A stretch of 64,000 nucleotides of DNA from Octopus sinensis (Eukaryota), in the NCBI RefSeq assembly GCF_006345805.1, contig NC_043007.1, forward strand, positions 64,046,001-64,110,000, given 5' to 3'. Below, piece after piece: positions 63,161-64,000 of this stretch (positions are counted from its first letter, which is position 1; each line of letters begins with the position of its first letter). The notes beneath the pieces were generated by a model. It saw only the letters and a list, made by a program, of their open reading frames with translations, had not been told where the DNA came from and made no database searches. The position numbers and the translations under genes were made by a program.

Positions 63161-64000
63161 TAATAGTGATAATAACAATATCTAAAATAGGTTTTCTAAA
63201 GAAGCAAATATAAATTTAAAATACAGGTACAAGGCAAATGACTTTTTTTGGTGGACTGGAAATTATAGTAGTTATATTGACCTTAGTATTAACAAGTATT
63301 GATTACATTATTTTATCCCCCTTCCAGAAGGATAAAAGGCAGAGTTGTTTTTACTGGGATTCGGGATTTGAACGTAAGTAAATTACATCAAGGCATTTTG
63401 TCCACTACCTTATCAATGTAGCCAATAACATTAATAATGATAATTCCAGAAACACCAAAAGTCAGTAGATATTTCAGAAGCTAATATTGACAATTACTGT
63501 TGACCAATTACTATTATGAAAATCAGGCCACTCTGATTAGTAATATGTAATTTAGTACAACTTGCTACATGAGCAGGTTGTTGGTGACTATACTGGCATT
63601 TCCTGATGAGGATGGTTACTTGAAACTCAATAAAATACAAACAAGACCTGTTAAAAGATGAATAGACCCAGCATAGGCTCAATGACTATCCAGCAATAAT
63701 GTGAGGGGACACACAAATCCTCACTCAAAATTTATGATGCGTCTCTTCCAGAATTTGATAGCTATTAGTGGTCACATCCTCCACATCTAGGTACCCTAAA
63801 GTAAAGCCAATCCTTATATTACATGGTATGACTGATTTCTATTTCAGCAATATTCTAGTGATTAGAATATGCAATGTGATTGGCCCCTATTTTAAAAACA
63901 CCCATGAAATCTCTTCACAAAATGTGAACCAAAACAGTTGTAGTTTCAGTTATGAAAATTGAGCCAATAAGAGATAGCCACTCAATTTCAAAGAAAAGTA

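Overview
AT-rich, microsatellite-dense animal genomic DNA, most likely a coleoid cephalopod (Octopus-like). That assignment is inferred from recalled tRNA-headed SINE and RTE-tail families, not from a search. One host gene is well supported: the last three coding exons of the RAD51 paralogue XRCC3 on + (4311-4462, 14635-14847, 22827-23084); its Walker-A exons must lie upstream of the window. The rest is mostly transposon debris: CR1-type LINEs, an RT-less Gypsy with both LTRs, HERO-like and R4/Dong-like RLE LINEs, RTE tails, mariner, Tc1, pogo, piggyBac and hAT remnants, and dozens of SINE copies. The most striking unexplained structure is a set of more than ten type-I hammerhead-ribozyme-like motifs (stem I - CTGANGA - stem II - GAAA - palindromic stem III - UH - stem I) in several sequence-unrelated families. 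Three sit as divergent inverted dimers forming 266-460 bp palindromes, often with a greatly expanded stem II. One caps a ~95-bp rod-like hairpin, one forms a 278-bp tandem dimer, and two flank a Penelope-like GIY-YIG remnant. Hammerheads in Penelope-like elements and retrozymes are established; whether these architectures are undescribed needs a search. No rRNA, genuine tRNA or CRISPR array is supported. All alignments and folds were done by eye.
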